64,000 nt of DNA. Source: Polaribacter sp. (GTDB taxonomy: Bacteria; Bacteroidota; Bacteroidia; Flavobacteriales; Flavobacteriaceae). The position numbers and the translations under genes were made by a program. The number at the start of each line of letters is the position of its first letter. Within the stretch, counting starts at the first letter, position 1. The stretch lies in NCBI GenBank assembly GCA_965261035.1, contig OZ253439.1:1337070-1401069 (forward strand), given 5' to 3'. This document shows positions 59,421 to 64,000 of the stretch, piece after piece. Below the pieces are notes generated by a model. That model did not search any database, was not told the origin of the DNA, and saw only the letters and a program-made list of their open reading frames with translations.

Positions 59421-60623
59421 TTATTTTAATATTATCGTTTTATTTTTTATCTCATATTCTTCAATTATTTTAAATTTCTTAATAGTTTCTAATATTTCTT
59501 TAATATTTTGGTCCTTGCCAAGTACTCCAAAAAACCTAACACCTTCTAATGATTTATCATTAAATATCACTTCCATATCATACCATCTAGATAAAACCTT
59601 CATAATCTCTTTTAATGGTTTTCTTTCGAAACTAAAGACTCCGTCTTTCCATGAAATTTCATTGTAAACATCAATTTCGGCAATTATGAAATCATTAGTA
59701 TTAAGATTAAGATTAGATTGCTGGTTAGGTAGTAAGTTTTGATTTTTATTCTCGTAGGTAACTGCTACTTTACCTTCTACCAGAGTAGTGTAAATATTAG
59801 CTTCGTCTTTATAGGCTTTAATATTAAATTCTGTTCCAATAACCTCAACCTCTTGAGCATTATTAAACACTTTAAATTTTGAGCCTTGATGAACGGTGCT
59901 TGGTGATACATCAAAATAAGCTTCGCCGTAAACGAGTTCTACTCGCCGAGTATTACCATCCTTAAATGCTACAGGATATTTTATTTGAGATTCGGAATTT
60001 AGCCATACTTCCGTGCCGTCAGATAAGGTTACTTGGAATTGTCCTCCTCTTGGGATAGTTAGGGTGTTATAAGTTATGTCTTTGCTTGCGGTTTTATTAT
60101 AGATTATAGCTTCTCCGTTGCTCGCTGCGTTTTGAGTTTGGAAGGAAGTGCCTTTTATTAATGTTACTTCTTCACCAGACTCTAAAGTTAGGATTGCTTT
60201 GTCGGTGCCTGTTTCTATTCTGTTGTTAACTATTATTGATTCTATGAATTGTGATAAGTTGTTTTCGTTATTTAGAAATACCGTAAGGGCTACTATTAAA
60301 AGTATAGAAGATGCAACTGCGTATTTCCAATATAAGGCTCTGACTTTTCTTTTTGGCTGTATTGATAAGGTGGTTTGCTTGGTGTTTCGTTTTTCAATAA
60401 TGTGCTGCCACATGGTATCAAAATCAACATCAGAGAGTTTGTCATTATCAAAACCCAACAAAAAGATTAGTTTTTTAGCTTCTTCAACAATAGCTTTTTT
60501 TTTAGGATGTTTTGCTGTCCAATTATTCCAAAAGTTAGAAGTCATACTATCTGTATCCAAAATCCATTTTTGGAAATATTCATCTTTAGCAAAGTCTTCT
60601 ACGGTATAATGAATGTACTTCAT
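59421..60623 (-). CDS. FecR-family anti-sigma factor
   Basis: LSDGTEVWLNSES, GEAYFDV, VIGTEFN, WKDGVFSF. Confidence 0.94.
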   Translation of the reverse strand: MKYIHYTVEDFAKDEYFQKWILDTDSMTSNFWNNWTAKHPKKKAIVEEAKKLIFLLGFDNDKLSDVDFDTMWQHIIEKRNTKQTTLSIQPKRKVRALYWKYAVASSILLIVALTVFLNNENNLSQFIESIIVNNRIETGTDKAILTLESGEEVTLIKGTSFQTQNAASNGEAIIYNKTASKDITYNTLTIPRGGQFQVTLSDGTEVWLNSESQIKYPVAFKDGNTRRVELVYGEAYFDVSPSTVHQGSKFKVFNNAQEVEVIGTEFNIKAYKDEANIYTTLVEGKVAVTYENKNQNLLPNQQSNLNLNTNDFIIAEIDVYNEISWKDGVFSFERKPLKEIMKVLSRWYDMEVIFNDKSLEGVRFFGVLGKDQNIKEILETIKKFKIIEEYEIKNKTIILK

Positions 60624-60904
60624 TTATTAAGTCTTTTTATCTATTAGAATCTGGAAATATTCAGGCTCTTTATTAGTAAGAGGAGAAAATTGCATTTTTA
60701 CTTTAAAAAAAATGATGTTTTTTTAAAGTAATTTTAAGACCATAGGTTTTATGCCGTTTTAGCGGTAAAATTTATTTTCTAAAAACGTAACTACAGTAAC
60801 TTTTTTACTCCTAAAATTTATTTAGGACAGGATTATTCTGAAAACTGAAAATAGCAGAGTAAAAACAGAATAGTCAAACTAAAAGAGCTTCACAAAATGG
60901 GATA

Positions 60905-61477
60905 TTACAATATAAAAAACAGGACAATTATCAAGACAAGTGACACCAAATGCTTTTTGAGTAGTTTAATAGTGCGTGCCATTAAGTTATACACCCCTTT
61001 TTTATTTAGGAACATAATTTCGGCAATTTCATTATAGTTCAATCGCCCATAAAACTTTAAATGAATAACTTCTCTTTGTTTATCTGTTAAAATGCTAAGT
61101 GCTTTGTTTAACAACTCACGTTGTTCATCAAAACGCTGTTTTTTGATAAGACTGATTTCAGCTGAAGCGATTCTATTATCTAGATTATCTATATCTATAC
61201 TTTTATCAAATGTCTTTCTTTCTTTGGAAGCTTTGGCAATTAATTTTCGCCGCAGAGATTTATACAAATAGGCTTTAATAGATTGCACTTTAGCTAACCT
61301 ATCCTTGGCCTCCCAAAGTTCTATAAAAAGATCTTGTATGGTGTCTTTTACCAATTCTGTATCATAAACCAACTTTAGCCCATAACTGTATAGTAATGCA
61401 GCATGTTGTTCGTAAATGTTAGCAAATGCTGATTCACTCCCTGCTTGAAACTCTTGCCATAATTGTAAATCGACCAC
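60905..61477 (-). CDS. ECF RNA polymerase sigma-70 factor
   Basis: IQDLFIELW, KAYLY, QREVIHL, YNEIAEIM. GTG at 61477 preferred because the track start lies inside a TACCTTTG promoter (61601..61608). Confidence 0.88.
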   Translation of the reverse strand: MVDLQLWQEFQAGSESAFANIYEQHAALLYSYGLKLVYDTELVKDTIQDLFIELWEAKDRLAKVQSIKAYLYKSLRRKLIAKASKERKTFDKSIDIDNLDNRIASAEISLIKKQRFDEQRELLNKALSILTDKQREVIHLKFYGRLNYNEIAEIMFLNKKGVYNLMARTIKLLKKHLVSLVLIIVLFFIL

Positions 61478-61727
61478 AGCAATTCCTTTTTCGATAGAGC
61501 CGGACACAGGTTTTTTTTGCTCGTTTCCTTGAAAATCAATGTGTTTATATACTAGTTTTTTTGCCACAATAAAGTTCGTAAAATAGGGATAAATGTGGCT
61601 CAAAGGTATAACAAAAAAATTGTAACTACCAAAAGCAACTATTGAAAACTAAACGGTAAGACAAGCCAACGAATTGATAATAAACAATATTCAATTTTAC
61701 ATGTCATAAAAAGAAAATCAAGATTCT

Positions 61728-62043
61728 TTATTTTCCAAATAAAGTTGACAACATTTCGCTACCAATACCGTAACAATCATTCTGTCCTATAAGTACTATT
61801 TTCTCTTGCATATAGGGGCTGATTTTATATCCATTAACCAAATTGCTGAACTCGTAAGAATTAGATACTTATATCTTTCCGTAACGACACAAGTTTTTTT
61901 TACGCCTGTCTTTATGCGTTTCACTGATACTTTTTTCTAAAATCTCCCTACTATATTCAGTCCAAATCTCATCAAATATCTTTTCATAATCATAGAAACT
62001 TTTAATCTCTTATAACTTTTTTGCGACAAAATGTTATGCACCC
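61728..62043 (-). mobile_element. Decayed IS (ISLre2/UPF0236-like) 5' fragment
   Basis: SFYDYEKIFDEIWTEYSREILEKSIS..RKKN..RYGKI*VSNS..NGYKISPYMQE; putative left end GGGTGCATAACATTTTG overlaps the aspS stop. Confidence 0.6.
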
Positions 62044-63788
62044 TTTTTAACTTTAATCCCTAGTTCTTTTAATTGCTCATCATCAATTAGTGCGGGAGAA
62101 TCAATCATAACATCGCGTCCCGAGTTATTTTTAGGAAATGCTATAAAATCTCTAATCGTTTCCTGTCCGCCCAAAATAGCTACCAATCTATCAAGTCCGA
62201 AAGCTAATCCGCCGTGAGGCGGAGCTCCATATTCAAAAGCGTCCATTAAGAAACCGAATTGTGCTTTCGCTTCTTCAGGTGTAAATCCTATATGTTTAAG
62301 CATAGTAGCTTGGATTTCTTTATCGTGAATTCTGATAGAACCTCCTCCAATTTCATTTCCGTTTAATACCAAATCGTAGGCGTTCGCTTTTACTTTTCCC
62401 GGATTAGTGTCCAACAGTTTTAATTGCTCCTGTTTTGGTGACGTAAACGGGTGGTGAATTGCGTGATAATGTCCAGTTTCCTCGTCCAGTTCCAATAATG
62501 GAAAATCTACAACCCATAATGGAGCAAATACTTTAGGGTCTCTCAAGCCTAAACGCTCTGCCAATTCCATACGCAAGGCACTTAATTGCGTACGCACTTT
62601 ATCAGTATCTCCCGAAAGAACACATATTAAGTCGCCTGTTTTTGCTTCTGTCTTTTCTGCCCATTTTGCCAAATCTTCTTGGCTGTAAAACTTATCTACC
62701 GATGATTTAAAACTCCCATCTTCATTACATTTTACATACACCATTCCCAAAGCACCGACTTGCGGACGACGAATCCAGTCAATTAACTTATCAATCTCTT
62801 TTCTGGTGTATGACGCAGCTTTGGGGACTGCAATTCCTACCACCAATTCAGCATCGTTAAATACCTTAAATTCTCTGTGTTTTGTTACTTCGTTTAGCTC
62901 GCCAAATTTCATTCCGAAACGAATATCAGGCTTGTCATTTCCATACAAACGCATCGCATCATCATAAGAAATACGCAGGAATTTACCTACCTCAACTCCG
63001 TTTATTTCTTTTAATAGATGACGTGTCAATCCTTCAAAAACGCTTAAAATATCTTCCTGCTCTACAAAAGCCATTTCGCAGTCTATTTGCGTAAATTCTG
63101 GTTGACGATCGGCACGTAAATCCTCATCTCTAAAGCATTTTACGATTTGAAAATATTTGTCTATTCCGCCGACCATCAACAGCTGTTTAAAGGTTTGGGG
63201 CGATTGTGGCAAGGCATAAAACTGACCTTTATTCATACGAGAAGGGACTATAAAATCTCTTGCTCCTTCTGGCGTGGATTTGATTAAATATGGTGTTTCA
63301 ACTTCAATAAATTCTTGGTCAGACAGATATTTACGAACCTCCATAGTTACTTTATGGCGGAAAATTAAATTGTCTCTCATAGGTTTTCTGCGAATGTCTA
63401 AATAGCGATATTTCATTCTAATATCTTCTCCGCCGTCAGTTTTATCTTCAATAGTAAACGGAGGAAGTAGTGATTGGTTTAAAATTTCTAATTTGCTTAC
63501 TAAAATTTCAACATCACCAGTTTTTATTTTAGGATTTTTAGACGTTCTTTCAATCACCGTTCCAGTAATTTTAATAACATACTCACGTCCTAAATTTTTT
63601 GCTTTTTCTATAATTTCCTTTGACGTGCGTTCTTCATCAAAAATTAACTGTGTAATTCCGTATCTATCACGCAAATCTACCCAAATCATAAATCCTTTGT
63701 CACGTGATTTTTGTACCCAGCCCGACAAGGTTACTTCTGTGTTTATATGCGATACTCTTAGCTCTCCGCAATTATGACTTCTATACAT
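62034..63788 (-). CDS. aspS: Aspartate--tRNA ligase
   Basis: [38 protein letters not shown]. Confidence 0.98.
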   Translation of the reverse strand: MYRSHNCGELRVSHINTEVTLSGWVQKSRDKGFMIWVDLRDRYGITQLIFDEERTSKEIIEKAKNLGREYVIKITGTVIERTSKNPKIKTGDVEILVSKLEILNQSLLPPFTIEDKTDGGEDIRMKYRYLDIRRKPMRDNLIFRHKVTMEVRKYLSDQEFIEVETPYLIKSTPEGARDFIVPSRMNKGQFYALPQSPQTFKQLLMVGGIDKYFQIVKCFRDEDLRADRQPEFTQIDCEMAFVEQEDILSVFEGLTRHLLKEINGVEVGKFLRISYDDAMRLYGNDKPDIRFGMKFGELNEVTKHREFKVFNDAELVVGIAVPKAASYTRKEIDKLIDWIRRPQVGALGMVYVKCNEDGSFKSSVDKFYSQEDLAKWAEKTEAKTGDLICVLSGDTDKVRTQLSALRMELAERLGLRDPKVFAPLWVVDFPLLELDEETGHYHAIHHPFTSPKQEQLKLLDTNPGKVKANAYDLVLNGNEIGGGSIRIHDKEIQATMLKHIGFTPEEAKAQFGFLMDAFEYGAPPHGGLAFGLDRLVAILGGQETIRDFIAFPKNNSGRDVMIDSPALIDDEQLKELGIKVKKGA

Positions 63789-64000
63789 ATTTTATTAATT
63801 TATAACTAAATTTATGTTGTTATATCAAGTGAGGTCTAAAAATATAACACAAATAATTATACAAATTTTAAGTCAGCAAAATTAAGAATTTTAAAGTAGA
63901 ATATTTGCACTTTTACTTTTGATTTCATTTTTCATTTTTTAAAAAAATATTGTATATTTGTAAGATGGGTGTAATTAATATAAAACAAAAATTGAGTCTA

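Noticed and set aside
61613-61630. Right terminal repeat of the aspS-adjacent IS
   Set aside because: GGTAGTTACAATTTT is in the same orientation as the putative left end, so it is not an inverted partner
52553-62033. Genomic island integrated at ssrA
   Set aside because: No duplicate of the tmRNA 3' end and no integrase seen
7431-63777. Numerous short antisense or overlapping ORFs in the track
   Set aside because: They lie opposite well-supported genes and have no motifs

Overview
AT-rich Flavobacteriaceae (Polaribacter/Tenacibaculum-like) chromosome segment, identified from Bacteroidota TAnnTTTG promoters, SusC/SusD genes and a GEENYVLAA tmRNA tag. The backbone is housekeeping: trmD, uvrA, ahcY, der, ispB, proline dehydrogenase, pabB, M1 peptidase, serA fusion, miaA, bioD, tRNA-His, bshB1, glnS, rplT-rpmI-infC-thrS, uvrC, ssrA, aspS. 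Accessory parts are: (i) 1-6.1 kb, a minus-strand array of small secreted, lipoprotein and membrane genes with a 45-bp direct repeat at two gene boundaries and a divergent XRE regulator; (ii) 12-18.2 kb, an atypical restriction-modification-like locus with a SAM-binding-only methylase, two tandem catalytic methylase paralogs with different specificity regions, and a GIY-YIG/SF2-helicase protein; (iii) 37.3-41.9 kb, a 955-aa coiled-coil lipoprotein plus a beta-barrel/TSP3/OmpA fusion that resemble the Bacteroides BT1927/BT1926 S-layer pair; (iv) a 414-bp insert between duplicated infC 3' ends carrying a 38-aa Cys/Gly/Ala peptide and a small membrane protein; (v) an ECF-sigma/FecR/SusC/SusD/TlpA locus. 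Several genes and IS elements have collapsed into short relics by internal deletion. All family assignments come from reading motifs by eye; no database search was run.
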